Positions 28,569-38,786 of a DNA stretch of 64,000 nucleotides are shown piece by piece. The notes under the pieces were generated by a model that had not been told where the DNA came from, searched no databases, and saw only the letters and a list, made by a program, of their open reading frames with translations. Within the stretch, counting starts at the first letter, position 1, and the number at the start of each line of letters is the position of its first letter. This stretch comes from Candidatus Terraquivivens tengchongensis (GTDB taxonomy: Archaea; Thermoproteota; Nitrososphaeria_A; Caldarchaeales; Wolframiiraptoraceae). The position numbers were made by a program, and so were the translations under genes. The DNA lies in the NCBI GenBank assembly GCA_023261845.1, contig JALNJZ010000003.1, forward strand, positions 64,001 to 128,000, given 5' to 3'.

Positions 28569-29566
28569 GATGAATCGACCATTAAAAAGTCCTTTGGATC
28601 GTTTCCGATGAATAATCTTAACTCTCCGTCACTTGATATCTCAAGTCTCCCCGAAGCTATGCCAACCTCACCATCACGAAGTTGTTCGGCAAATCTGCTT
28701 CTGAATGATACGATCGAGGATACCTTCGCTGAGATATCCGGCCCATCGATTACACCAATTACATCAACATCATAACGGCAAGGTGTGAAGATGCCCTTTG
28801 ATGCATCATTCGCTTGGAAGTGTATTGTGCTTCTACCGATTTCCTTAAAACTGCGCTCTCCGTATTTATCCCAAAACTCTTCTGGGAAAGGAACAAGCTT
28901 TAATGTGTAGGGTCTTCCCATGAATACTCCGTTTGTTAACTTTCTCCTCTCATGCATCTCCCATATGACAGATTCTACACAGGTATCAGACCTTGATTCC
29001 AAGACCTTTTCTAAAGCATTTCCAGAGAGACAGCTAGTCACGTTACTTTCACGCATAAGCTTTAGGGCATCGTAAACTTTCAGACAGTTCTCTATACCAT
29101 AAACTACGATGTCAACGTCAGAGGATTCGTTGTAAAGTCCTAAGAGGATGGAACCCGATACGCCAATAAAATCACTTCCTATCCCGGACTTTTCAACAAT
29201 TAGGCCCGTCATTCTAAGGGCGATGCTTGACGCCGCATCTTTTCTCAAACTATTCTTTCCATTGACCGGATCGTAAACTCTCTTAATCTCCTCAAAAGGT
29301 ACGAGCGGCACCTCCTGGCCTATATATTCATCATATACCAAAAATTCGCAAAAGTGTCTTCTGAGAAAATCCATTGAAGCATTGAAACTGTTCAACTTAA
29401 TGGTTGAACCTTCCGTCCTTAAATATTTTGGAACAGCTATGACGCCTTTAGGTGGGTGCGACACACCTTTCACTGCAAATATCGCACCATCTTTCACTTC
29501 GACATAACTACCCTCTATTAGGACTGGTCTTTTAGCGTTCAAATGCACCCCTACCCCCATACGCAT
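28565..29566 (-). CDS. Predicted nucleotidyltransferase (COG1665-like), paralog of the downstream gene
   Basis: FAVKGVSHP…AVPKY, GVSGSILLG…SDVDIVVYG and FTPCRY…GRLE. Confidence 0.75.
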   Translation of the reverse strand: MRMGVGVHLNAKRPVLIEGSYVEVKDGAIFAVKGVSHPPKGVIAVPKYLRTEGSTIKLNSFNASMDFLRRHFCEFLVYDEYIGQEVPLVPFEEIKRVYDPVNGKNSLRKDAASSIALRMTGLIVEKSGIGSDFIGVSGSILLGLYNESSDVDIVVYGIENCLKVYDALKLMRESNVTSCLSGNALEKVLESRSDTCVESVIWEMHERRKLTNGVFMGRPYTLKLVPFPEEFWDKYGERSFKEIGRSTIHFQANDASKGIFTPCRYDVDVIGVIDGPDISAKVSSIVSFRSRFAEQLRDGEVGIASGRLEISSDGELRLFIGNDPKDFLMVDSS

Positions 29567-29629
29567 TCATTGAGGATAAGCCTTTCTTGAGCAACCTTTA
29601 TTATTAGACTCCAGCTTATTACTTCAGCC

Positions 29630-30979
29630 TTGAACCCAATAACTTCGCTCGGCGAGCTCATAAAGCAGGCCATAAGCAAGTTCATGTCAGCGCCAGGAGT
29701 AGATAAAAATGTTGTCGAGGAACTCATAAGGGGTATACAAAGAGCTCTCCTAGTTTCGGATGTAAATGTCGAGCTCGTTATGAAGCTTTCAGAGAAGATA
29801 AGGAATAGGGCGCTGACAGAGAAAGTTCCGCCGGGTATTTCCAAGAAAGACCAAATCATAAAAATAGTGTACGAAGAACTCGTCTCGTTGTTAGGCGAGA
29901 AGCCCTATAAGTTTACCATAGATAAATCCAAGCAGTACGTAATCATGGTCGTTGGCATACAAGGACACGGAAAAACAACTACGGTTGCGAAACTGGCAAA
30001 TTATCTCAAGAAATTGGGCTACTCTGTAGGTGTGGTCTGTGCCGATACGTTTAGGACTGGAGCATACGAGCAATTAAGACAGCTCCTCGACGGAAGGGAT
30101 ATGCCCGTATACGGCATGCCTGGAGAACGTGATGCAATCACCATAGCTACAAAGGGCATTGAATATCTGTCTAAGCAACAAAAATGTAACGTTATACTTG
30201 TGGACACGGCTGGTAGGCACAAAGACCAACAATCATTAATGCAGGAAATGAAAGCGTTGGAAGAAAAGATTAAGCCTAACGAGATAATGCTGGTCTTGGA
30301 CGGAACGATAGGTCAGCAGGCTGGCACACACGCTGAGGCATTTCACAAAGCAACGCCGATAGGTTCCATAATAGTCACTAAGATGGACACGTCTGCGAAA
30401 GGTGGCGGTGCGCTGTCGGCTGTAGCGGCTACTGGAGCACAGATAAGATTCATAGGTACTGGTGAGAAGCTTGAAGATATAGAGGTATTCAACCCGCAAG
30501 GTTTCATCGGTAGGCTCCTGGGTATAGGCGACCTAGAGGGTTTGTTAGAAAGAATAAAGATTGCTGAATTAGAGCTTAGCAAAGAGAAGCTTAAGAGTTT
30601 TACAAGTGGCACGTTTACCCTAGAAGATTTCATAAAGCAGTTTAAAGAAATGAAAAAGCTGGGACCTTTAAAGAAAATATTATCAAAGCTACCTTTGCCC
30701 GGGCTTCCCAACTTACCTGATGAGGAGCTCGAAAAGGTTGAGGCCCAAATCGAAAAATGGTCGGCAATTCTACTTTCCATGACGCCCGAGGAAAGGGAGA
30801 ACCCCCACATCATAGACTCTTCGAGGATAAGGCGTATAGCTAGGGGATCTGGTGTGACAGAGAAGGACGTTAAGCACTTCCTCCAACAATATAATTTATT
30901 AAAGAGGATGATGAAATCCATAAAAAGATCTCCTTGGAAGCTACCGAAACATATGTTCAGCGCAGAATTAGAAGAATAA
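29630..30979 (+). CDS. srp54: Signal recognition particle protein SRP54
   Basis: GHGKTTT, DTFR, DTAGRH, TKMD…KGGGALS, GTGE and M domain (SMTPEE, RIARGSG). Confidence 0.97.
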   Translation: MNPITSLGELIKQAISKFMSAPGVDKNVVEELIRGIQRALLVSDVNVELVMKLSEKIRNRALTEKVPPGISKKDQIIKIVYEELVSLLGEKPYKFTIDKSKQYVIMVVGIQGHGKTTTVAKLANYLKKLGYSVGVVCADTFRTGAYEQLRQLLDGRDMPVYGMPGERDAITIATKGIEYLSKQQKCNVILVDTAGRHKDQQSLMQEMKALEEKIKPNEIMLVLDGTIGQQAGTHAEAFHKATPIGSIIVTKMDTSAKGGGALSAVAATGAQIRFIGTGEKLEDIEVFNPQGFIGRLLGIGDLEGLLERIKIAELELSKEKLKSFTSGTFTLEDFIKQFKEMKKLGPLKKILSKLPLPGLPNLPDEELEKVEAQIEKWSAILLSMTPEERENPHIIDSSRIRRIARGSGVTEKDVKHFLQQYNLLKRMMKSIKRSPWKLPKHMFSAELEE

Positions 30980-30996
30980 GCGCGCGAAGTTGGTGA

Positions 30997-32331
30997 ATGC
31001 GAATGGAGGAAATACTCAACTTAGCTTATAGAATGTTGCAGAAGTATGCGCTTTGTGATTACTGCCTCGGGAGACAGTTTGCAAGATTGCTATCCGGTGT
31101 GGGCAATAAAGCAAGGGGCGAGGCTCTTAAAGTTGTGTTGGCGATGGAGGCGAACATGAAGTTGCTCATGAACGATAAGGATGCGGCAAATGTTTTGAAG
31201 ATTGTCGCAGAAAACGGCATGAACAAGTATGCAAAAAAGCTTGCTAAGTCGCTTAATTACCAGATTAATGAAACTAAAACATGTTATGTATGCGAAGGCA
31301 AATTGATTGACGAGAACATTCGTCGCATGGCTGAAGAGATAATAGAAGAGTTAAAAGGATACGAGTTTTCGAACTTTCTAATAGGTGCATCCGTCCCAGC
31401 TCATGTAAAAGAAAGGGATGACCAAATAAAGGCTGAATTTGCTTTAACCTTCGGCGAGGAGATCAAGAGCGATATAACGAGAGAAATAGGAAAAATTATT
31501 GAAGGGGTCATGAGAAAACCTGTTGAGTTTGCCACACCAGATATAACAATAATCGTTGACATTTTTTCAGGGACGTTTACAATCAAATCAAACCCTGTAT
31601 TTATCAAGGGCTACTATAGGAAGTTGCAACCTAACATACCTCAAGCACCATGGATATGCAGGAAGTGTCGGGGTAAGGGATGTGACGCTTGTGGTCATAC
31701 TGGAAAAGAGTATCCTGATTCCATTAGCGAGCTTATAGGAGATCCGGCCTTAAGCCTCTTCGAAGCCCTTGACTACAAATTCCATGCGGCGGGAAGAGAA
31801 GATGTAGACGTAACGGTTCTTGGAACTGGAAGACCTTTCATCCTTGAGTTAAAATCACCGAGAAAGAGGTTTGTCCAGCTTAACCAACTACAAGACGCCA
31901 TAAATGAGCATGCGAAGGGTAAGGTTGAAGTCTCGTCCTTATCCTATGCAACAAAAAAAGATGTGAGGGATATGAAAGCAAAATCAGCAATCGCTTCAAA
32001 AACTTATGTTGCACTTGTTGAGTTCGATTCCAGCGTAGATGAAAGTAAGTTAAAGGAAGTATGCGAGAAGTTTAGAAATTTGTTGATACATCAGAGGACA
32101 CCGAGCAGAATTCTCCGCAGAGGTGATAAGGTCAGGAAAAAGTATTTGTATTTCGTAGAGGCTGAAAAGAAAGGGGATAGAATCGTCGAGTTCAAGATAA
32201 AGGCACAGGGTGGTCTTTACATAAAAGAGGTGATAAACGGGGACGGTGGGAGGACAGTGCCTAATATAGCTGACGCCCTAGGAACTGCACCGATAAATAT
32301 TACCCTTTCAGTCTTAGAGGTGGAGGGGTAA
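30997..32331 (+). CDS. pus10: tRNA pseudouridine(54/55) synthase Pus10
   Basis: LCDYCLGRQF, FHAAGREDVDV, GRPF and GGLYIKE. Confidence 0.95.
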   Translation: MRMEEILNLAYRMLQKYALCDYCLGRQFARLLSGVGNKARGEALKVVLAMEANMKLLMNDKDAANVLKIVAENGMNKYAKKLAKSLNYQINETKTCYVCEGKLIDENIRRMAEEIIEELKGYEFSNFLIGASVPAHVKERDDQIKAEFALTFGEEIKSDITREIGKIIEGVMRKPVEFATPDITIIVDIFSGTFTIKSNPVFIKGYYRKLQPNIPQAPWICRKCRGKGCDACGHTGKEYPDSISELIGDPALSLFEALDYKFHAAGREDVDVTVLGTGRPFILELKSPRKRFVQLNQLQDAINEHAKGKVEVSSLSYATKKDVRDMKAKSAIASKTYVALVEFDSSVDESKLKEVCEKFRNLLIHQRTPSRILRRGDKVRKKYLYFVEAEKKGDRIVEFKIKAQGGLYIKEVINGDGGRTVPNIADALGTAPINITLSVLEVEG

Positions 32332-32339
32332 AGGCTGGT

Positions 32340-32636
32340 ATGCCCAACTCGCATGGTTACAGAGTGAGAACTAGACAACTCCTTAGGAAGAAGTATGGCT
32401 CACGGAGTGGTCCAAGGCCAGACATATACCTCAAAGAATATAATCCGGGCGATAAGGTGTTGATAATGGTCGACCCGGCCGTTCAAAAAGGGATGCCGCA
32501 CAAGAGGTTTTATGGTAAGATAGGCACGATAGTATCGAAGAAGGGTAATGCATACGAGGTTTCTCTCATGTTAGGGGATAAGTTAAAGAAGTTAACGATC
32601 TTGCCGGACCATATCAGGCCTTGGGAAGGTGGCTAA
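32340..32636 (+). CDS. rpl21e: 50S ribosomal protein L21e
   Basis: SHGYRVRTR and KGMPHKRFYGKIG. Confidence 0.96.
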   Translation: MPNSHGYRVRTRQLLRKKYGSRSGPRPDIYLKEYNPGDKVLIMVDPAVQKGMPHKRFYGKIGTIVSKKGNAYEVSLMLGDKLKKLTILPDHIRPWEGG

Positions 32637-33000
32637 GTTGCCAAGGAAGGTATTGAGCTCTAAGCCTATACCCATAGCTGAAGTCAAGAGAATCTTGGAG
32701 GAAAGGGAACAGTACTTAAATCCACTCCAGTTAAAAACGTTAAGTTATGCAAGAAAGTACTCAAAATTAACTCCTGAGCAGGCCGAGGAACTTATCACTA
32801 AGCTTATGAACGAATACGGACTCGAAAGGGAGGAGGCGGTCCAAGTCGCTGATATATGTCCTGAGACCGTCGATGAGCTCAGAACAATCCTGAGCGGTTA
32901 CCGACGCCTTGTATCGTTTTTACTTTTCTCCGAAGAAAAGATGAATGGCATACTAAGTCTTGTCAAGCAAGCTTTAGAGGCGAGTAAACAACAAATTTGA
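32629..33000 (+). CDS. rpo4: RNA polymerase subunit Rpo4 (F)
   Basis: EVKRIL…YARKYSKL…ADICPETVDELRTIL; conserved position after rpl21e. Confidence 0.92.
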   Translation: MAKLPRKVLSSKPIPIAEVKRILEEREQYLNPLQLKTLSYARKYSKLTPEQAEELITKLMNEYGLEREEAVQVADICPETVDELRTILSGYRRLVSFLLFSEEKMNGILSLVKQALEASKQQI

Positions 33001-33036
33001 ATTTATGTGACAAGGCATTAAAGGGGGAACTTACAT

Positions 33037-33648
33037 CTGCAAAAGCAGAAGAAATATGAGGATTATGCTTACGTATTGGATGTAGTCGATGCAACACTAC
33101 TCAGGAGCTCAACCCGTCGTGTAAATATACATAGGGGCGAGCTACTCATCCAATTATTAGGTGAAGAATACTTCACTCTCCTAGAAGCCGCGATAAATGA
33201 GAATTATAGACCGCGCGTAGGTATAAGGCTTTATATAGGCAAAGACGTCCCCCGGAACATCTTAAGGATACTTGGGCGCATAAGTTATGATGAGCTTACT
33301 GAAAACGCTAAAATTGAATTAGAAAACGCCATCCAAAAGATAATTCAGGCAAATGAACAACGATTCGTAGAGTTCTTTAATACATGCACGCCCGTGTCGC
33401 CAAGGCTCCATGCACTCGAGCTGATACCTGGCATCGGTAAAAAATCTATGCAAAAGATCCTAGAAGAAAGGGAGAAAAAACCTTTTGAGTCCTTTAAGGA
33501 CTTACATGAAAGGTGTGGGCTTTCGGATCCTATAAAGGCGATTGCCAAAAGGGTAATGGATGAGTTGACGGGTCGGAGCGGCGGCTATTTCTTGCTTGTA
33601 CGAGAACCATCCAGCGTTGCATCGGAAAGATTCTTTAGAAGGGAATGA
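33037..33648 (+). CDS. DUF655 family RNA-binding protein
   Basis: GEEYFTLLE, RLHALELIPGIGKK and PFESF. The family-typical KYEDYAYVLD lies upstream of the ORF-track start (33076), so the start is probably CTG 33037. Confidence 0.85.
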   Translation: MQKQKKYEDYAYVLDVVDATLLRSSTRRVNIHRGELLIQLLGEEYFTLLEAAINENYRPRVGIRLYIGKDVPRNILRILGRISYDELTENAKIELENAIQKIIQANEQRFVEFFNTCTPVSPRLHALELIPGIGKKSMQKILEEREKKPFESFKDLHERCGLSDPIKAIAKRVMDELTGRSGGYFLLVREPSSVASERFFRRE

Positions 33649-33748
33649 TGTTACGCAAGGGTAAAGTTGGATTTATAAAACAAAACTTTGGTTTGGTAAA
33701 GATTAATTAGCGGCTGATTCTTGCAATATAGGCAAAGAGGGTAAATAC

Positions 33749-34273
33749 ATGAAGGCCAGGAACTACCGCAGAACGGAAGGCATGCCCTATACAAGAGAGG
33801 AATACATCCATGGTGCACCTGAACCAAGGATAAGCAAGTACACGATGGGGACCTATAGAGAAGACTATACGCATGAACTCGAGCTCATAGCGCTGGAAGA
33901 ACTTCAAGTTAGGGATGTGGCGTTGGAGTCTGCTAGGGTGACCATAGGAAAGATGCTTAGCGCCAAATTAGGTGAAAATTATTTCCTAGAACTCAAGGCC
34001 CATCCACATATCGTTTTGAGAGAAAACAAGATGATCTTTGGAGCACATGCAGATAGGCTACAGGAAGGTATGAGGAGGGCGTTCGGAAAGCCTATAGGAA
34101 GGGCCGCAAGGTTGGAACCTGGAAAGCCTGTCTTCAGGATTCTCGTGTATGAAAATGGTGTTAATGTTGCCAAGGAGGCTCTCGAACTCGCGTCAAAAAA
34201 GCTTCCTAAGAGCTATAGGATAGTTATTAATAAATTGACAGAATCAAAAGCAGCCTCTCAACTAAATGCTTAA
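33749..34273 (+). CDS. rpl10e: 50S ribosomal protein L16/L10e
   Basis: YTREEYI, ALESAR, LRENKM and ADRLQEGMRRAFGKP. Confidence 0.96.
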   Translation: MKARNYRRTEGMPYTREEYIHGAPEPRISKYTMGTYREDYTHELELIALEELQVRDVALESARVTIGKMLSAKLGENYFLELKAHPHIVLRENKMIFGAHADRLQEGMRRAFGKPIGRAARLEPGKPVFRILVYENGVNVAKEALELASKKLPKSYRIVINKLTESKAASQLNA

Positions 34274-34323
34274 AAGTTAACCAATAAACATAATTTTTTG
34301 CAATACTTACGGGGTAAGAAAAA

Positions 34324-36711
34324 ATGAAAGAGAATGCGTTCGTATTCGAACTGGAATCAATAACCAAAGAGGATGTACCCCTCGTCGGAGGTAAAGGTGC
34401 AAACCTAGGTGAAATGCTAAGATTGGGCATACCTGTCCCTCCTGGTTTTACGGTAACGGCATATGCCTACAAGTACTTTATAGAAAAAGCTGGTATCGGT
34501 GAACAAATACGTAAGATATTAAGCGAAGTGGATTATTCAAACCCTGAATCGATAGAAGAGAAAACAAGAGAGATAAGGGAACTCATATTAAAACAAGAAA
34601 TCCCCAAAGAGTTAGAGGCAGAGATAATAACTGCATATAGGAGGTTAGCCGAGAAAGTAGGCATGGTTGACCCTCCTGTTGCTGTCAGGTCGAGTGCAAC
34701 TGCTGAGGATTTAACATCGGCCAGCTTTGCTGGACAGCAGGAGACTTACCTAAACGTTAGGGGCGAAGCACGTCTGTTGGAAAGCGTTAAGAAATGCTGG
34801 GCGAGCCTATTCACGTCGAGGGCAACGTTTTACAGACACGAAAAAGGATTCGACCACATGAGTGTGTATTTATGTGTGGTGGTTCAGAAGATGGTCAATG
34901 CAAAAGCCTCCGGCGTAATGTTCACACTACATCCAGTCACGGGTGACACGTCAAAGATACTGATAGAAGCTAACTGGGGGCTTGGCGAGTCTGTAGTGAG
35001 TGGTGAAGCCACACCTGATGTATACGTGGTTGACAAAAAGACGCTGAAGATAATTGAAAAGAAGGTTGCAAGGAAAACTATTGAAGTTGTTTACAGTCCA
35101 AAAGGTGGCACGGAGAAACGTGAAGTCCCACTCTCGAAGCAGAATGTGCCATGCTTAACTGACGAAGAGATATATAGACTTGCAGAGCTTGCCATCCGTA
35201 TCGAAGAGCATTATGGTGCACCACAAGACATAGAATGGAGTATAGATATGGATGTACCATTCCCATACAATGTATTCATAGTTCAGTCTAGACCCGAGAC
35301 CGTTTGGTCTCAGAAAGCGGTTGCGGAAACCCCTGCTGCAACAGAAACTGTAACAGTTGCTAGAAAAGTTGTCACAAAAGGATTGCCCGCAAGCCCTGGC
35401 ATTGCTATCGGAACCGCTAGGGTGATCTTAGACGTGAAGAACATAGGGCAGATGAGAAAGGGGGATATTCTGGTCACACGAATGACGTCGCCCGATTGGG
35501 TACCTGCGATGCGAATAGCGTCCGCAATAGTGACCTCAGAAGGTGGAATGACGTGCCATGCAGCTATAGTTTCAAGAGAGTTGGGCATACCCTGCATAGT
35601 AGGTACTGGTGATGCCACTGAAACCATGAAAGATGGGCAGGTTTATACAGTTGATGCCAAATCAGGCGTAGTATATGAAGGTGCAGTGGAGGAGTTGTTA
35701 GCTAAACCGCCGACTCCAGCGGCCGCTCCTTCTGGTGTCCCGACCCCCTTAATTAGCGTACCAGTCACGGCCACGAAGATTATGATGAACCTTGGCGTTC
35801 CAGAAAAGATAGATGAATATGTAGATCTGCCCTTTGATGGAATAGGTTTAATGCGCATAGAGTTCATACTGGCCTCATACATAGGCGAGCACCCGAACTA
35901 CCTCATTGAGATAGGGCAACCTGATAAGTTCGTGAATAAACTGGCTGAGGGTATCGCGAAAGTTGCTAGGGCAATACAACCTAGACCAGTAGTTGTCAGG
36001 TTTTCAGACTTTAAGACGAATGAGTACAGAGAGCTGAAGGGCGGAGAGAAGTACGAAATTGAAGAGGCAAACCCGATGATGGGATGGAGAGGAGCGGCAA
36101 GGTACATAAGCAAAGGGTATGAGAAAGCGTTTAGGCTTGAGTGTAAAGCCATCAAAAAGGTTCGGGATGAGTGGGGACTGAAAAATGTTTGGGTCATGAT
36201 ACCAATGGCGAGGACAACATGGGAAATAAAGAGGGTATTAGAGATAATGAAGGAAGAAGGACTAGAGAGGGACAGGGACTTTAAAGTGTGGTTGATGGCA
36301 GAAGTTCCGAGCACGATACTCATGGCAGACGAGTTTAGCAAGCTATGTGATGGTTTCAGCATAGGTTCCAACGACCTTACTCAGTTCATCTTGGCGACCG
36401 ATAGAGACTCCGCCATACTGCCCAGCATAGATGCCAGATACTTTGACGAGAGGGACCCAGCCATACTAAGAGCGATAGAGTATCTGATAAAAGTTGCACA
36501 CGAAAATGGTGTCACCGTTTCGATTTGCGGACAAGCACCAAGTGTTTATCCAGAGTTTACAGAATTCCTAGTTAGGTGCGGCATCGATTCGATAAGCGTC
36601 AACCCAGACGTGGTAATTAAAACGAAACAACTCGTCGCCAGCATAGAGCAGAAGATAATCTTGGAAAAGCTTAGCGAACTTACAAAATCTAAAAACCGAA
36701 CTTTAGGGTAA
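34324..36711 (+). CDS. ppsA: Phosphoenolpyruvate synthase
   Basis: [43 protein letters not shown] and ICGQAPS. Confidence 0.96.
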   Translation: MKENAFVFELESITKEDVPLVGGKGANLGEMLRLGIPVPPGFTVTAYAYKYFIEKAGIGEQIRKILSEVDYSNPESIEEKTREIRELILKQEIPKELEAEIITAYRRLAEKVGMVDPPVAVRSSATAEDLTSASFAGQQETYLNVRGEARLLESVKKCWASLFTSRATFYRHEKGFDHMSVYLCVVVQKMVNAKASGVMFTLHPVTGDTSKILIEANWGLGESVVSGEATPDVYVVDKKTLKIIEKKVARKTIEVVYSPKGGTEKREVPLSKQNVPCLTDEEIYRLAELAIRIEEHYGAPQDIEWSIDMDVPFPYNVFIVQSRPETVWSQKAVAETPAATETVTVARKVVTKGLPASPGIAIGTARVILDVKNIGQMRKGDILVTRMTSPDWVPAMRIASAIVTSEGGMTCHAAIVSRELGIPCIVGTGDATETMKDGQVYTVDAKSGVVYEGAVEELLAKPPTPAAAPSGVPTPLISVPVTATKIMMNLGVPEKIDEYVDLPFDGIGLMRIEFILASYIGEHPNYLIEIGQPDKFVNKLAEGIAKVARAIQPRPVVVRFSDFKTNEYRELKGGEKYEIEEANPMMGWRGAARYISKGYEKAFRLECKAIKKVRDEWGLKNVWVMIPMARTTWEIKRVLEIMKEEGLERDRDFKVWLMAEVPSTILMADEFSKLCDGFSIGSNDLTQFILATDRDSAILPSIDARYFDERDPAILRAIEYLIKVAHENGVTVSICGQAPSVYPEFTEFLVRCGIDSISVNPDVVIKTKQLVASIEQKIILEKLSELTKSKNRTLG

Positions 36712-36718
36712 AGGTTGC

Positions 36719-37141
36719 TTGCAACCGGATCATGGTACCGAAGAGCCCACCGAAGTCGAGATATATGTTGATGGAGCATCTAGAGGCAACCCCGGGCCTG
36801 CTGGTATTGGCATCGTTCTCAAGCTTGACTCTAGGACGGTATGTTTCAAGAGGTTTATCGGCAATAAAACAAACAACGAGGCAGAATACTTAGCACTCTT
36901 AGAAGGGTTAAAGTTAGCCATAAGCGTTAATGCGAAGAAGGTAAAGGTTTTCTCCGACAGCGAGCTGATAGTAAAGCAGCTTAAGGGCGAGTTCTCCGTT
37001 AAGGAGACAAGGCTTAGCAAGCTTTACTCAGAGGTAAAGGAGCTGGAAAGAATGCTTGATGTTGAATATTTTCACATCCCCAGAGAATCGAACAAGCTGG
37101 CCGACGAGCTTGCTAACGAGGCCATAGATGAAAACCGCTAG
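36719..37141 (+). CDS. rnhA: Ribonuclease HI
   Basis: DGASRGNPGPAG, TNNEAEY, SDSEL and NKLADELAN. Confidence 0.93.
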   Translation: MQPDHGTEEPTEVEIYVDGASRGNPGPAGIGIVLKLDSRTVCFKRFIGNKTNNEAEYLALLEGLKLAISVNAKKVKVFSDSELIVKQLKGEFSVKETRLSKLYSEVKELERMLDVEYFHIPRESNKLADELANEAIDENR

Positions 37142-37172
37142 ATTTATAAGCCCGGCCGCAAACATCCAATTG

Positions 37173-37841
37173 ATGCCCATCCTGAAAGAAAGGGAGAAAA
37201 AGATTATCGCAGAAAAGCTTAGTAGAAGTATGGAAAACAACGTTAGGCTTATCGTCTTCACCCAAGATTTTGAGTGTGAATATTGTGCGACGAACAGGGA
37301 GCTGATGGAAGACTTAGCATCACTTTCGGATAAGATAAAGCTTGAGGTGTTTGATTTCGAAAAGGATTACGAGAAAGCGCAAAAGTTAGGGGTAGACAAG
37401 ATACCGGCAACAGCAGTATTCGGCGTTCGTGAGTATGGTATAAGGTTCTTTGGTGTACCGATAGGTTATGAATTTCCAGCCCTAATCGACACCATAATAG
37501 ATGCATCGAGAGGGACGACAAAGCTTCAACCTACGATAAAAGAAAAGATTAAAAGCATTAAGGAGCCAGTGCACATTCAAGTGTTCGTAACGCCCACCTG
37601 TCCATACTGTCCTAGAGCTGTAAGGATTGCACACCAGTTGGCAATCGAGAACGAGTTCATTAGGGCTGATATGATAGAGGCTATAGAATTCCCCCAACTT
37701 GCGAATAAATACGACGTTATGGCAGTTCCTAAGACCATAATAAATGATGTTATTTCTTTCGAAGGTGCCTTACCAGAGCAACACTTTGTTGAGTACATCT
37801 TCTCGGCGATTAAACCAGACAGGACAATAAACTATAGATGA
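37173..37841 (+). CDS. Protein disulfide oxidoreductase (two thioredoxin folds)
   Basis: CEYC and CPYC motifs, GYEF and VMAVP. Start set at MPILKE (ORF track gives 37128). Confidence 0.9.
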   Translation: MPILKEREKKIIAEKLSRSMENNVRLIVFTQDFECEYCATNRELMEDLASLSDKIKLEVFDFEKDYEKAQKLGVDKIPATAVFGVREYGIRFFGVPIGYEFPALIDTIIDASRGTTKLQPTIKEKIKSIKEPVHIQVFVTPTCPYCPRAVRIAHQLAIENEFIRADMIEAIEFPQLANKYDVMAVPKTIINDVISFEGALPEQHFVEYIFSAIKPDRTINYR

Positions 37842-38722
37842 ATTGGGAAGAAAACATCGAAAACCATGCCCATGAATAGTGCGGCCAAGTAAGGGCTTGA
37901 CATCTTAAACACCAACCATGCCTTCTTAGCGTCCGGCTTGAGGACAAGTAAGAAATTAAAGACCAAAATTGCTGTGCCGAAAATAAATGCCACTATTGCG
38001 TATATTATTCGAAAAACTCCCATAAGGACTGGCAGGAGACTGAACACGACCATCAAAACGCTGGTGGAAGCTATGCACCTTATGGCGAGTTTTTCAGGTA
38101 CGACTACCGGTAACATGGGGACTTTCACCTTAGCATAATCCTCCCTATACTTAAGCGCGAGACTCCAGATGTGTGTAGGTATCCACAGAACAACGAGCGC
38201 CGCAATTATTAAGCCGAGAGTGAGGTTTTCGGTTGTAGCTGCCGAATAGCCTATCATAGCGGGCGCACCGCCAGAGAAACCGCCGGCTATTATGTTGATA
38301 GGGTTTCGGCGCTTTAACCATTTGCTATAAATTAGGATATTGTCTACTAGCCCGAAGAGCATCAGACCGAAGCATATGGGGTTAAGCATGAAGGACATCA
38401 CGACAGCTATCGTTGAAAGCATGAGGCCGAAGTAAAGCGCCTTTTCAGCTGGCCTTATCTTGCCAGAAGGCAAGGGTCTCATCTTGGTTCTATCCATCAT
38501 AGCATCGATGTCCCTATCTATGTAGCACGTAATCGCGTTAGCTCCTGCCGAGCCTAAAGCAATGGCTAAAGTCACTAACACGAGAATGTACCAATCTATG
38601 CTCCTTCCAGAAACTCCGAAGCCAACTATAGTGTTGCAGAATCCTGTGAAGGTTAGAAGGAACCATGTACGCGGCTTCGTAACTTGCCAATAACTAGCTA
38701 GAGCAGACCACGGTCTTTCCAA
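37832..38722 (-). CDS. cyoE: Protoheme IX farnesyltransferase (heme O synthase)
   Basis: TKPR, DRDIDAMMDRTKMRPLP, WIPTHIWSLA and DYAKVKVPMLP. Confidence 0.94.
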   Translation of the reverse strand: MERPWSALASYWQVTKPRTWFLLTFTGFCNTIVGFGVSGRSIDWYILVLVTLAIALGSAGANAITCYIDRDIDAMMDRTKMRPLPSGKIRPAEKALYFGLMLSTIAVVMSFMLNPICFGLMLFGLVDNILIYSKWLKRRNPINIIAGGFSGGAPAMIGYSAATTENLTLGLIIAALVVLWIPTHIWSLALKYREDYAKVKVPMLPVVVPEKLAIRCIASTSVLMVVFSLLPVLMGVFRIIYAIVAFIFGTAILVFNFLLVLKPDAKKAWLVFKMSSPYLAALFMGMVFDVFFPIHL

Positions 38723-38786
38723 CCAATCCCACCCAAGCCTTGGCTAAATTTTAGTGTAGAATGTTCTTAAAAAAATCTTTTTTAAA

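Noticed and set aside
33648-33749. Absence of ksgA after the pus10-rpl21e-rpo4-DUF655 cluster
   Set aside because: No remnant is visible and simple gene-order rearrangement is common, so it is uninformative without the rest of the genome.
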